NCBI RefSeq assembly: GCF_044324785.1
Contig: NZ_CP172127.1
Direction: 5' to 3' (one strand)
DNA length: 64,000 nt
Origin: Escherichia coli
GTDB lineage: Bacteria; Pseudomonadota; Gammaproteobacteria; Enterobacterales; Enterobacteriaceae
Within the stretch, counting starts at the first letter, position 1, and each line of letters starts with the position of its first letter. The translations under genes were made by a program, and so were the position numbers. Under the pieces are notes generated by a model that saw nothing but the letters and a program-made list of their open reading frames with translations, was not told the DNA's origin and did no database searches. Below are positions 32,532-42,563 of this stretch, piece after piece.

Positions 32532-32945
32532 ATGATACCGGATCGGGAAAGAACCACAGGTTCTCTTTTTGAGCGTATGGAAGCCTCACCGGCCAGAAAC
32601 TGGCAGGGAAGCAGTATTCATGCGCTCAGGCAGTCCATTCGCCAGAACCTGCGAAACATTCTTAATACCCGGTCCGGTAGTTGCCGGGGTGCGCCTGAAC
32701 TGGGCATTGATGAACCGGAAGGGGCTGAAAACTTCCGCGAATCAATGAGTCTGGCCATCGCGCAATGTATAGAACGCTATGAACCCCGGATCTCACACGC
32801 TGAAGTGCAGGCAGTGGTTTCATCCGCCACCAACCCGCTGGATATGACGTTTCATATTACAGCCTGGGTGACATTTAACGAAACGCATGAAGTGCTTGAA
32901 TTTGATATGGCACCGAATGGCAGCCAACATTATCGGGTGGACTGA
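32532..32945 (+). CDS. tssE: T6SS baseplate protein TssE (gp25-like)
   Basis: 137-aa ORF MIPDRERTTGSLFERMEASPARNWQGSSIHALRQSIRQNLRNILNTR... Confidence 0.88.
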   Translation: MIPDRERTTGSLFERMEASPARNWQGSSIHALRQSIRQNLRNILNTRSGSCRGAPELGIDEPEGAENFRESMSLAIAQCIERYEPRISHAEVQAVVSSATNPLDMTFHITAWVTFNETHEVLEFDMAPNGSQHYRVD

Positions 32946-32948
32946 CAG

Positions 32949-34799
32949 ATGGAATTTGAAGAACGCTATTTCCGGGAAGAACTCGATTACCTGCGCCAGC
33001 TCAGCAAGCTGCTGGCAACGGAAAAACCCCATCTTGCCCGCTTCCTGGCCGAAAAAGATGCGGATCCGGATATTGAACGCCTGCTGGAAGGCGTGGCTTT
33101 TCTTACCGGCAATCTCCGCCAGAAAATTGAGGATGAATTCCCAGAACTGACGCACGGGCTTATTAAGATGCTCTGGCCTAATTACCTGCGTCCGGTTCCG
33201 GCAATGACCCTTATTGAATATACGCCGGATATGGATAAGTCTTCTGTGCCGGTGTTAATCCCCCGTAATGAGCAGCTTACAACCAACGCCGGGGAAATCA
33301 GAGTCGATGAAGTGCTGCCCTCCGATGCTAAAAAGGAGGAGCCGCCTCCCTGTACCTTCACCCTCTGCCGGGATATCTGGCTGCTGCCCGTTCGCCTGGA
33401 GCAGATTGAAAACCGCAGTACGACCCGTAATGGTGTTATCAACATCACCTTTTCGGTCGCACCGGGAACGGACTTCCGCACGCTGGATCTGAACAAACTT
33501 CGCTTCTGGCTCGGCAATGACGACAACTATACCCGTGACCAGCTTTATTTATGGTTCTGTGAATACTTGCAGGGTGCCGACCTGACTGTGGGTGAACAGC
33601 ATATTCGCCTGCCTGAGTTTATGCTGAAAGCTGTCGGTTTTGAGCCGCAGGATGCCATGCTGCCTTGGCCGAAAAACGTCCACAGCGGCTACCGGATCCT
33701 TCAGGAGTATTTCTGTTACCCGGATGCGTTTCTCTTTTTTGATCTTTGTGGTTGCCCGGCGTTGCCTGACGGATTGCAGGGTGAATCCTTTACCCTACAA
33801 CTGCGTTTTTCGCGCCCATTGCCCGTGGACATCCGGTTGCGCCGCGACTCCCTGCGCCTGTATTGCGCGCCTGCCATTAATTTATTTATCCACCATGCAG
33901 AAGCCATCACGCTGAACAACCGGCGGGCAGACTATCCGCTGGTTCCCAGCCGCCATTATCCGGAACATTACGATGTCTTTTCCGTTAACGGCGTGATAAG
34001 CCAGGTGCAGGATATGTTCAGGAAAAAAGATCTGGGGCGTCCTGTTTCGACGCAGGCCGCGCGCCAGTGGCCTGCCTTTGAAAGTTTCAGCCATCAGATG
34101 GAATACAGCCGGAAGCGGGAAGTGGTGTACTGGCATCACCGGACCAAAACATCCCTGTTCCATCGCGGCTTTGATCATACCCTTGCTTTTATACATGCTG
34201 ATGGCAGTTATCCGTCAGACGAATCGCTGCTCAGTAATGAAGTGGTTTCGGTATCGCTGACCTGTACCAACCGTGAGCTTCCGTCACAAATTCGTTCCGG
34301 CGATATCACCGGCACAACCGGTAAAAATGCGGCTGTTGCTTCATTTCGCAACATTACCCGCCCGACGCAACCGCTCTGGCCGGTCATTGATGGCAGCCTG
34401 CACTGGTCCCTGCTCTCCGCCATGAACCTGAATTATCTGTCATTACTGGATACGGACGCGCTGAAGCAGGTCATCGCCAACTTTGATCGCCACGCAATCC
34501 ATCATCCGCAGACGGCGCGGCTGTCACAACAAAAGCTGGATGCCATTGAGCGTCTGGAGACCCGCCCCGTTGATCGCCTGTTTACGGGTATTCCCGTCCG
34601 GGGGCTGGCCTCCACGCTGTATCTGCACCCGGAGCCGTTTGTCTGTGAAGGGGAAATGTATCTGCTCGGTACGGTGCTTTCGCATTTTCTGTCGCTGTAC
34701 GCCAGCGTTAACTCATTCCACATGCTGACCGTTGTGAACACAGAAAGCCAGGAGACATGGAAATGGACGGAAAGAACCGGGCAGCATCCTCTTATCTGA
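32949..34799 (+). CDS. tssF: T6SS baseplate protein TssF (ImpG/VasA)
   Basis: 616-aa ORF MEFEERYFREELDYLRQLSKLLATEKPHLARFLAEKDADPDIERLLEGVAFLTGNLRQKIEDEFPE... Confidence 0.9.
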   Translation: MEFEERYFREELDYLRQLSKLLATEKPHLARFLAEKDADPDIERLLEGVAFLTGNLRQKIEDEFPELTHGLIKMLWPNYLRPVPAMTLIEYTPDMDKSSVPVLIPRNEQLTTNAGEIRVDEVLPSDAKKEEPPPCTFTLCRDIWLLPVRLEQIENRSTTRNGVINITFSVAPGTDFRTLDLNKLRFWLGNDDNYTRDQLYLWFCEYLQGADLTVGEQHIRLPEFMLKAVGFEPQDAMLPWPKNVHSGYRILQEYFCYPDAFLFFDLCGCPALPDGLQGESFTLQLRFSRPLPVDIRLRRDSLRLYCAPAINLFIHHAEAITLNNRRADYPLVPSRHYPEHYDVFSVNGVISQVQDMFRKKDLGRPVSTQAARQWPAFESFSHQMEYSRKREVVYWHHRTKTSLFHRGFDHTLAFIHADGSYPSDESLLSNEVVSVSLTCTNRELPSQIRSGDITGTTGKNAAVASFRNITRPTQPLWPVIDGSLHWSLLSAMNLNYLSLLDTDALKQVIANFDRHAIHHPQTARLSQQKLDAIERLETRPVDRLFTGIPVRGLASTLYLHPEPFVCEGEMYLLGTVLSHFLSLYASVNSFHMLTVVNTESQETWKWTERTGQHPLI

Positions 34800-35845
34800 G
34801 TCCGGGAAATCCCCCGGCAGATAAAGAGCAGAATGATCCGCTGGTACAGGTTTTTCATAACGCCTGCTCTTACAATTTTTTTGCGATGGCGGAGCTGTTG
34901 CACCGCCTGGCACAGGGTGAAAAGGGGACGCCGGAATTATCCCTGCGCGACGATCCGGCACAGGAAACCCTGCGTTTCAGCGCCGATGCCAGCCTTGCGT
35001 TTCCCCTGAGTGATATCAGTGCGCTGAAACGGGATACGTCAGGGGCATTCAGGATGACCACCACCTTTATGGGGTTACAGGGGAGCCAGTCGCCTCTCCC
35101 CGGTTATTACCTCGATCACCTGGCCTGGAAAGCGGTACATGAACAAAGTCCGGTAGGTGATTTTCTGGATATGTTCAGCCACCGCTTGACCCAGTTTGTC
35201 TGGCATATCTGGCGTAAGTACCGCTATCACATCAGTTTTCGTAACGGCGGTGTGGATGCGTTCTCGCAGCGCATGTACTCCCTTGTTGGGCTGGGCCACC
35301 GCCAGCTTCGCGATAAGCTGGCGATTAATCACAGCAAAATGCTGGCGTATTCCGGGATCCTGGCAAATCCGGGACGATCCCCGGAAATAATCTGCGGCCT
35401 GGTGTCCCACTGCTTTGATTTGTCAGACGTGACGCTGCAAAACTGGCAACGTCGCAAGGTGGATATTGAACCGGATCAGCAAAACAGTCTGGGGAGCTAT
35501 TCACTTAAAAATGGCGAAAAACTGGCGGGAAGATCGGTACTGGGCAACTTTGTTCTGGGTACACGGGTGCCCGATCTCAGCGGAAAATTCCAGCTCAGTA
35601 TTACCAGTCTGACCCGAAAACAGTTCCTCTCTTTTCTGCCGTCCGGCGAAAACTTCCTGCCACTGACGATGTTTGTGTCCTTCATCCTGCGCGATCAGCT
35701 TGCCTGGGACTTACATCTGGGGCTGGCGCCGGAGCAGGTGGGCGCAATGCGCCTGGGCGATAACAAAAGTGCGCTGCTGGGCTGGACCAGCTTCCTCGGC
35801 ACACCGGAAGAACGACCCTCAGTCACCATCAGGGTACGGTCGTAA
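34757..35845 (+). CDS. tssG: T6SS baseplate protein TssG (ImpH/VasB)
   Basis: 362-aa ORF overlapping the tssF 3' end by 43 nt; ...VQVFHNACSYNFFAMAELLHRLAQ... region typical of TssG. The exact start is uncertain. Confidence 0.85.
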   Translation: MEMDGKNRAASSYLSPGNPPADKEQNDPLVQVFHNACSYNFFAMAELLHRLAQGEKGTPELSLRDDPAQETLRFSADASLAFPLSDISALKRDTSGAFRMTTTFMGLQGSQSPLPGYYLDHLAWKAVHEQSPVGDFLDMFSHRLTQFVWHIWRKYRYHISFRNGGVDAFSQRMYSLVGLGHRQLRDKLAINHSKMLAYSGILANPGRSPEIICGLVSHCFDLSDVTLQNWQRRKVDIEPDQQNSLGSYSLKNGEKLAGRSVLGNFVLGTRVPDLSGKFQLSITSLTRKQFLSFLPSGENFLPLTMFVSFILRDQLAWDLHLGLAPEQVGAMRLGDNKSALLGWTSFLGTPEERPSVTIRVRS

Positions 35846-35869
35846 ATTATGATAATCACGGAGCAGAAT

Positions 35870-37150
35870 ATGCCGGAAGAGAAACTACAGACGCTTTCAT
35901 TGCAGGTCATTAACGGCAGTGAGCTGGAAAGCGGGCGGGCGGCGCGCTGTCTGTTCACGCAGCAGGGACATGTCGGCCATGGCCCCGAATGCCACTGGTC
36001 GGTACAGGATCGTCAGCAGAGCATTCCGGCTCAGGCTTTTACCGTTATCCTGCACGATGGCACATTTTGTCTGCGCCCGCAGACGGCACAACTGTGGCTG
36101 AACCAGGCAAAAGTCACAGCAATATCAGACCTGATACAGCTGCGCCAGGGCGATGAGATCCAGATAGGGCGTCTGATGGTGAGGGTTCATCTGAACCGGG
36201 GAGATATCCCCCATTACGATGAGGAAATGGCCACTCCCGAAACCATCGTCACCAATCGCGATATGCTCACGGATACCCTGCTGTCAACGGAGGGTGCGCC
36301 ACACTATCCGGGAATGACTCACCGGCATCAGCTTGCAGACACCGTGGTAAACGGTTTTTCTGCCGATCCACTCCAGGCACTTCAGTCCGAAAGCCTGATT
36401 ACCACGGGCGATCCGCTTTCAGGCATTGCGGCTGTCCGGCCATCGGCACCGCTGTCCGATCCGGCAAGTAATGGGGGGATCAATACTCCGTTTATGGATC
36501 TGCCGCCCATTTATGCCAGCCCCGGCGATCGTAATGATGACTTCTCTGTGGCAGAAATGGCGCAACGCCACCTTGCGGTCACCCCCTTACTGCGCGGTCT
36601 CGGCGGCTCGCTTACCGTGAGCAATTCTGACGATGCGGATGATTTTCTGGAAGAGGCCGGACGCACGTTACAGGCCGCAATAAAAGGTCTGCTCGATTTG
36701 CAGCAACAGCGTAACAGCCTCTCAGACAAACATTTGCGCCCGCTGGAAGATAACCCGCTGCGCCTGAACATGGATTACGCCACCGCGCTCGACGTGATGT
36801 TTGCCGAAGGTAAAAGTCCGGTACATCTGGCGGCTCCCGCCGCTGTCAGTGAAAGCCTGCGTAATGTCCGCCACCACGAAGAAGCTAACCGGGCAGCGAT
36901 TGTGGAGTCACTTCGTGTCCTGCTTGACGCTTTCTCACCACAAAATCTGCTGCGCCGCTTTGTGCAGTACCGCCGCAGCCATGAACTGCGCCAGCCGCTG
37001 GATGATGCCGGAGCATGGCAAATGTACAGCCATTATTACGAAGAACTGGCCTCCGATCGCCAGCAGGGGTTTGAGATGCTGTTTAACGAGGTCTACGCCC
37101 AGGTCTATGACCGGGTGCTTCGTGAAAAACAGCGGGAGCCGGAAGCATGA
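35870..37150 (+). CDS. tagH: FHA-domain protein TagH (Fha)
   Basis: ORF 35849..37150; the start at 35870 is preferred (ggag RBS 7 nt upstream). The N-terminal ~110 aa look like an FHA domain (...FCLRPQTAQLWLNQAKVTAISDLIQLRQGDEIQIGRLMVRVHL). Confidence 0.8.
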   Translation: MPEEKLQTLSLQVINGSELESGRAARCLFTQQGHVGHGPECHWSVQDRQQSIPAQAFTVILHDGTFCLRPQTAQLWLNQAKVTAISDLIQLRQGDEIQIGRLMVRVHLNRGDIPHYDEEMATPETIVTNRDMLTDTLLSTEGAPHYPGMTHRHQLADTVVNGFSADPLQALQSESLITTGDPLSGIAAVRPSAPLSDPASNGGINTPFMDLPPIYASPGDRNDDFSVAEMAQRHLAVTPLLRGLGGSLTVSNSDDADDFLEEAGRTLQAAIKGLLDLQQQRNSLSDKHLRPLEDNPLRLNMDYATALDVMFAEGKSPVHLAAPAAVSESLRNVRHHEEANRAAIVESLRVLLDAFSPQNLLRRFVQYRRSHELRQPLDDAGAWQMYSHYYEELASDRQQGFEMLFNEVYAQVYDRVLREKQREPEA

Positions 37151-37671
37151 ACAGGAAGGCGTTTCTGGCCTGCGTGCTGATGTGCGTCATATTAACCGGC
37201 TGCGAAACGGCGAAAAAAATCAGCGAGGTGATCAAAAACCCGGATATCCAGGTCGGGAGCCTGAAGGAGCAACCTTCGGAAATAACCGTCACCCTGCTGA
37301 CCGAACCGGACACCAATACCAATGCGGAGGGTGAATCAGCCGCCGTGGATGTGCAACTGGTGTACCTGACTGACGACTCAAAATTGCTGGCAGCCGACTA
37401 TGACCAGATAGCCAGTACGCCGCTACCGGATGTGTTGGGTAAAAACTATATCGACCACCAGGATTTCAACCTGTTGCCGGACACCATCAAAACCCTGCCG
37501 CCGGTAAAGCTGGATGAGAAAACGCAGTTTATTGGTGTCGTGGCCTATTTCTCCGATGACCAGGCCACTGAATGGAAACAAATCGAGACGGTGGAAGGAA
37601 CCGGCCACCATTACCGCCTGCTGGTGCATGTACGTCAAAGCAGCATCGAAATGAAAAAAGAGGATGAATAA
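37147..37671 (+). CDS. tssJ: T6SS outer-membrane lipoprotein TssJ (SciN)
   Basis: 174-aa ORF MNRKAFLACVLMCVILTGCETAKK... with lipobox LTGC; start overlaps the tagH stop (ATGA). Confidence 0.85.
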   Translation: MNRKAFLACVLMCVILTGCETAKKISEVIKNPDIQVGSLKEQPSEITVTLLTEPDTNTNAEGESAAVDVQLVYLTDDSKLLAADYDQIASTPLPDVLGKNYIDHQDFNLLPDTIKTLPPVKLDEKTQFIGVVAYFSDDQATEWKQIETVEGTGHHYRLLVHVRQSSIEMKKEDE

Positions 37672-37673
37672 TT

Positions 37674-39005
37674 ATGGCAACCACCCGCAACAAGGTGATG
37701 TGGCAGGAAGGGATGCTGATGCGCCCACACCATTTCCAGCAACAGCAGCGTTACAACGACTACCTGGATAACCAGCGCTTCCGGGCCATGAATGATTTAT
37801 CCTGGGGATTTACCGAACTCACCCTCAACAATGAACTGCTGGCGCAGGGTAAGATCATGATTGACAGCGCGTCAGGCACACTGCCCGACGGCACCGTCTT
37901 TTCTATCCCCGACCAGGACGCACTGCCCGATCCGCTGCACCCGCAACATTTTCCGGACGAAAGAAGCCGCAATATCTACCTCGCTCTGCCGGTCGCCAGT
38001 GATGTGAGAAATGAAATCAGCGACGGGCGGCGAATCGGGCGTTACCGGCTGAATTATGCCGATGTCCGGGATCTGCATTCAGAAGAAGGTGACGCGCGAA
38101 CATTGACGCTGGGTCAACTGACGCCGCGCATTATGAGCGGTGCAGAAGATATGAGCGCCTATATTACGCTCCCGCTTTGCCGTATCAGCGATCGCCATGC
38201 CGACGGCTCACTGACGCTGGATGACGATTTTATCCCCTCCTGCCAGAATATTCAGGTCAGTAAGAAACTGCGTGTTTATCTCAAAGAGGTACAGGGGGCC
38301 ATTGGCGGACGGGCAAGCGATCTGGCAAACCGCATTGGCTCTCCGGCGCAGAGCGGCATCGCGGATGTGGCGGAATTTATGATGTTGCAGTTACTTAACC
38401 GTAACCAGACCCGGTTTACCCATCGCGCTCGTCGATCCCAGCTCCACCCGGAAGATTTCTACCTTGATCTTGCCGGGTTGCTGGGTGAACTGATGACCTT
38501 TACCGAGCCGTCGCGCCTGCCCTGCCCGCTTGATGTGTATGATCATCATGACCTGACCAAAACATTTAAAACGCTGTTACCGGAAGTCAAACGGGCGCTG
38601 CATACCGTACTGTCGCCAAGAGCCGTCAATCTGCCGCTACATCTGCGTGACGGTATCTGGCAGGCCGATATTCATGACACAGAACTGCTGCAATCTGCCA
38701 CCTTTGTCCTGGCCGTGGCGGCAAACATGCCGGTCGATCAGATCCAGCGCCAGTTTATCCAGCAGTCGAAAATTTCCTCGCCGGAAAAAATCCGCAATAT
38801 GGTCAGTGTGCAGATACCCGGCATTCCATTGCGTGCCCTGATGGTGGCTCCCCGCCAGCTTCCTTACCATTCCGGGTTCAGCTATTTCGAACTCGACAAG
38901 AGCGGACAGGCCTGGACAGAAATGGCTGCCGCCGGGGCCGTTGCACTGCATGTATCCGGCAGTTTCCCGGATCTGAACATGCAACTGTGGGCGATAAGAG
39001 GGTAA
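37674..39005 (+). CDS. tssK: T6SS baseplate protein TssK
   Basis: 443-aa ORF MATTRNKVMWQEGMLMRPHHFQQQQRYNDYLDNQRF... Confidence 0.9.
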   Translation: MATTRNKVMWQEGMLMRPHHFQQQQRYNDYLDNQRFRAMNDLSWGFTELTLNNELLAQGKIMIDSASGTLPDGTVFSIPDQDALPDPLHPQHFPDERSRNIYLALPVASDVRNEISDGRRIGRYRLNYADVRDLHSEEGDARTLTLGQLTPRIMSGAEDMSAYITLPLCRISDRHADGSLTLDDDFIPSCQNIQVSKKLRVYLKEVQGAIGGRASDLANRIGSPAQSGIADVAEFMMLQLLNRNQTRFTHRARRSQLHPEDFYLDLAGLLGELMTFTEPSRLPCPLDVYDHHDLTKTFKTLLPEVKRALHTVLSPRAVNLPLHLRDGIWQADIHDTELLQSATFVLAVAANMPVDQIQRQFIQQSKISSPEKIRNMVSVQIPGIPLRALMVAPRQLPYHSGFSYFELDKSGQAWTEMAAAGAVALHVSGSFPDLNMQLWAIRG

Positions 39006-39009
39006 GACG

Positions 39010-39771
39010 ATGGATGAGGGGTCACTGTCTCTGCCACCATTTACCGGATACGACGAAAAAAGCCAGCGCGACTATCATCTCGCGCTTCGTGGCAACAGCC
39101 TGAATCCGATGATCGACGCAGCCACGCCGCTCCTCGGTATGGTGATGCGCCTTTCAACCATGAACAGCCAGACGATGCCGGAGCATCTTTTTGCTCAGGT
39201 GGTGACGGATGTTCAGGCCGTGGAGCAACTGCTTCAGGAGCAGGGCTACGAACCGGGCGTGATTATCTCGTTTCGCTACATCCTCTGCACGTTTATTGAT
39301 GAAGCGGCGCTCGGTAACGGCTGGTCGAACAAGAACGAGTGGATCAAGCAGTCATTGCTGGTCCATTTCCACAACGAAGCCTGGGGTGGCGAGAAGGTTT
39401 TCATCCTGCTGGAGCGCCTGATCCGTGAACCCAAACGTTACCAAGATCTGCTGGAATTTCTCTGGCTCTGTTTTTCTCTGGGATTTCGCGGGCGCTACAA
39501 AGTGGCAGCACAGGATCAGGGGGAATTTGAGCAGATCTACCGCCGCCTGTACCACGTCCTGCATAAACTGCGCGGCGATGCCCCTTTCCCGCTGTTACAC
39601 CAGGACAAAAAAACCCAGGGCGGGCGTTATCAGCTCATCAGTCGCCTGACCATTAAACATATTTTTTGTGGTGGCGTTGTCGTGCTGGCGTTGTTTTACC
39701 TGTTCTATCTGTTGCGGCTGGACAGCCAGACGCAGGACATCCTGCACCAGCTAAACAAATTACTTCGATAA
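39010..39771 (+). CDS. tssL: T6SS membrane complex protein TssL (DotU/ImpK family, no OmpA-like extension)
   Basis: 253-aa ORF with a C-terminal TM helix (IFCGGVVVLALFYLFYLL). Confidence 0.88.
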   Translation: MDEGSLSLPPFTGYDEKSQRDYHLALRGNSLNPMIDAATPLLGMVMRLSTMNSQTMPEHLFAQVVTDVQAVEQLLQEQGYEPGVIISFRYILCTFIDEAALGNGWSNKNEWIKQSLLVHFHNEAWGGEKVFILLERLIREPKRYQDLLEFLWLCFSLGFRGRYKVAAQDQGEFEQIYRRLYHVLHKLRGDAPFPLLHQDKKTQGGRYQLISRLTIKHIFCGGVVVLALFYLFYLLRLDSQTQDILHQLNKLLR

Positions 39772-39779
39772 GGACGTTT

Positions 39780-42563
39780 ATGATCCAGATTGATCTTCCC
39801 ACGCTGGTAAAACGGCTTAACCTGTTCTCCCGCCAGGCGCTGGAGATGGCCGCCTCTGAATGTATGAGCCAGCAGGCAGCGGAAATTACCGTCAGCCATG
39901 TGCTTATTCAGATGCTCGCCATGCCACGCAGTGACCTGCGGGTTATTACCCGCCAGGGCGATATTGGCATGGAAGAGTTGCGCCAGGCGCTGACGGTGGA
40001 GAACTACACAACTGCCCGTTCTGCGGACAGCTACCCGGCATTTTCCCCGATGCTGGTTGAGTGGCTGAAAGAGGGCTGGCTGCTGGCGTCGGCTGAGATG
40101 CAGCACAGCGAATTGCGTGGCGGCGTGTTGCTGCTGGCCCTGCTGCATTCGCCGCTGCGTTATATACCGCCTGCTGCCGCCCGGCTGTTGACCGGCATTA
40201 ACCGTGACCGTCTGCAACAGGACTTTGTGCAGTGGACACAGGAGTCGGCGGAATCAGTCGTGCCGGATGCAGACGGTAAAGGCGCAGGCACACTGACGGA
40301 CGCTGCTGACACCCTGCTTGCCCGCTACGCCAAAAACATGACCGCAGACGCCCGTAACGGCAGGCTTGACCCGGTACTGTGCCGCGACCACGAAATCGAC
40401 CTGATGATCGACATTCTCTGCCGCCGCCGCAAGAACAACCCGGTGGTGGTGGGCGAAGCAGGCGTGGGTAAAAGTGCCTTAATCGAAGGGCTGGCGCTGC
40501 GCATCGTGGCAGGCCAGGTGCCGGACAAACTGAAAAACACCGATATCATGACCCTTGACCTGGGCGCATTGCAGGCCGGGGCGTCGGTGAAGGGCGAATT
40601 CGAAAAACGCTTCAAGGGGCTGATGGCGGAGGTCATTTCCTCTCCGGTGCCGGTCATTCTGTTTATTGACGAAGCACATACCCTGATTGGCGCGGGCAAC
40701 CAGCAGGGCGGGCTGGATATCTCCAACCTGCTCAAACCGGCGCTGGCGCGCGGCGAGCTGAAAACCATCGCCGCCACCACCTGGAGCGAGTACAAAAAAT
40801 ACTTCGAGAAAGATGCCGCCCTGTCGCGCCGCTTCCAGTTGGTGAAGGTCAGCGAACCCAACGCCGCCGAAGCCACCATTATTCTGCGCGGTCTGTCGGC
40901 GGTCTATGAACAGTCTCACGGCGTGCTGATTGACGATGACGCCTTACAGGCCGCAGCAACACTGAGCGAGCGTTATCTCTCCGGGCGTCAGTTGCCGGAC
41001 AAGGCGATTGATGTACTGGATACGGCCTGCGCCCGTGTGGCCATCAACCTGTCATCGCCACCAAAGCAAATCTCGGCGCTGACCACCCTGAGCCACCAGC
41101 AGGAGGCGGAAATTCGCCAGCTTGAGCGCGAGCTTCGCATCGGGCTGCGTACCGACAACTCACGGATGACGGAGGTGTTGGTGCAGTACGATGAAACGCT
41201 GACGGCGCTGGATGAACTGGAAGCGGCCTGGCATCAGCAGCAGACGCTGGTCCAGGAAATTATCGCGCTGCGCCAGCAGTTACTGGGCGTGGCAGAAGAC
41301 GATGCGGCGTCGTTGCCGGACGCAGATGCCGCGGAGGATACGCCGCCAGAGTCAGAGTCAGAGTCAGAGTCAGAGTCAGAACAGGATAATACCGGTGCCG
41401 TACCGGCTGATGAGGCCGACAGAGAACAGCCGGAAGAGACCGCTGAAACAGTTTCCCCGGTACAGCGGCTGGCCCAGCTCACTGCCGAACTGGACGCCCT
41501 GCATAACGACCGGTTGCTGGTCTCCCCGCACGTCGATAAAAAACAGATTGCGGCGGTGATTGCCGAATGGACCGGCGTACCGCTTAACCGCCTGTCACAG
41601 AATGAAATGTCGGTCATCACCGACCTGCCAAAATGGCTGGGCGACACCATCAAAGGCCAGGACCTGGCGGTTGCGAGCCTGCATAAACACCTGCTGACCG
41701 CACGCGCCGACCTGCGCCGTCCGGGACGCCCGCTTGGCGCGTTCCTGCTGGCTGGCCCCAGCGGCGTGGGTAAAACCGAAACCGTCCTGCAACTGGCGGA
41801 ACTCCTCTACGGCGGTCGCCAGTACCTGACTACCATCAATATGTCCGAGTTTCAGGAGAAGCACACCGTCTCGCGACTGATTGGTTCCCCTCCGGGCTAT
41901 GTCGGCTACGGAGAAGGCGGTGTACTGACCGAAGCGATCCGCCAGAAACCCTACTCGGTGGTGTTGCTCGATGAAGTGGAAAAAGCGCACCCGGATGTGC
42001 TCAACCTGTTCTACCAGGCGTTTGACAAGGGCGAGATGGCAGACGGTGAAGGCCGCCTGATTGACTGTAAAAATATCGTTTTCTTCCTGACCTCCAACCT
42101 TGGCTACCAGGTGATTGTCGAACACGCCGATGACCCGGAAACCATGCAGGAAGCCCTCTATCCGGTGCTGGCGGACTTCTTTAAACCTGCCCTGCTGGCG
42201 CGCATGGAAGTGGTGCCTTACCTGCCGCTGTCGAAAGAGACGCTCGCTACCATTATTGCCGGGAAACTGGCCCGCCTGGATAACGTGCTGCGCAGCCGCT
42301 TTGGCGCGGACGTGATTATTGAGCCGGAAGTGACGGACGAAATCATGAGCCGCGTCACCCGCGCGGAAAACGGCGCGAGGATGCTCGAATCGGTCATCGA
42401 TGGCGACATGCTGCCGCCGCTCTCGCTGCTGCTGTTGCAGAAAATGGCGGCCAACACGGCGATTGCCCGCATCCGCCTGTCGGCGGCAGACGGCGCGTTC
42501 ACGGCAGACGTGGAAGATGCTCAGGACAACGAGTCCGTTACAGAGGATGAAACGGTTTTATGA
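39780..42563 (+). CDS. clpV: T6SS AAA+ ATPase ClpV (TssH)
   Basis: Start taken at MIQIDLPTLVKRLN (39780), 9 nt after the tssL stop. Two AAA modules with Walker A motifs (GEAGVGKSA and GPSGVGKTE). The ORF-track extension from 39666 overlaps tssL and is not credible. Confidence 0.9.
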   Translation: MIQIDLPTLVKRLNLFSRQALEMAASECMSQQAAEITVSHVLIQMLAMPRSDLRVITRQGDIGMEELRQALTVENYTTARSADSYPAFSPMLVEWLKEGWLLASAEMQHSELRGGVLLLALLHSPLRYIPPAAARLLTGINRDRLQQDFVQWTQESAESVVPDADGKGAGTLTDAADTLLARYAKNMTADARNGRLDPVLCRDHEIDLMIDILCRRRKNNPVVVGEAGVGKSALIEGLALRIVAGQVPDKLKNTDIMTLDLGALQAGASVKGEFEKRFKGLMAEVISSPVPVILFIDEAHTLIGAGNQQGGLDISNLLKPALARGELKTIAATTWSEYKKYFEKDAALSRRFQLVKVSEPNAAEATIILRGLSAVYEQSHGVLIDDDALQAAATLSERYLSGRQLPDKAIDVLDTACARVAINLSSPPKQISALTTLSHQQEAEIRQLERELRIGLRTDNSRMTEVLVQYDETLTALDELEAAWHQQQTLVQEIIALRQQLLGVAEDDAASLPDADAAEDTPPESESESESESEQDNTGAVPADEADREQPEETAETVSPVQRLAQLTAELDALHNDRLLVSPHVDKKQIAAVIAEWTGVPLNRLSQNEMSVITDLPKWLGDTIKGQDLAVASLHKHLLTARADLRRPGRPLGAFLLAGPSGVGKTETVLQLAELLYGGRQYLTTINMSEFQEKHTVSRLIGSPPGYVGYGEGGVLTEAIRQKPYSVVLLDEVEKAHPDVLNLFYQAFDKGEMADGEGRLIDCKNIVFFLTSNLGYQVIVEHADDPETMQEALYPVLADFFKPALLARMEVVPYLPLSKETLATIIAGKLARLDNVLRSRFGADVIIEPEVTDEIMSRVTRAENGARMLESVIDGDMLPPLSLLLLQKMAANTAIARIRLSAADGAFTADVEDAQDNESVTEDETVL
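41347..41378 (+). repeat. Hexanucleotide tandem repeat (gagtca x5) inside clpV encoding (Ser-Glu)5
   Basis: gagtcagagtcagagtcagagtcagagtcaga encodes ESESESESESE in an acidic, Pro-rich stretch between the ClpV AAA modules. Confidence 0.8.

Noticed and set aside
39666-39779. Upstream extension of clpV (ORF track starts at 39666)
   Set aside because: The extension overlaps the tssL 3' end in another frame; the recognisable ClpV N-domain begins at the Met at 39780, 9 nt after the tssL stop.
41320-41400. Tandem gagtca repeat considered as a possible CRISPR or VNTR array
   Set aside because: Only five 6-nt units, in frame within clpV and encoding Ser-Glu repeats; no spacers or longer repeat units. 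No CRISPR array was seen anywhere in the window.
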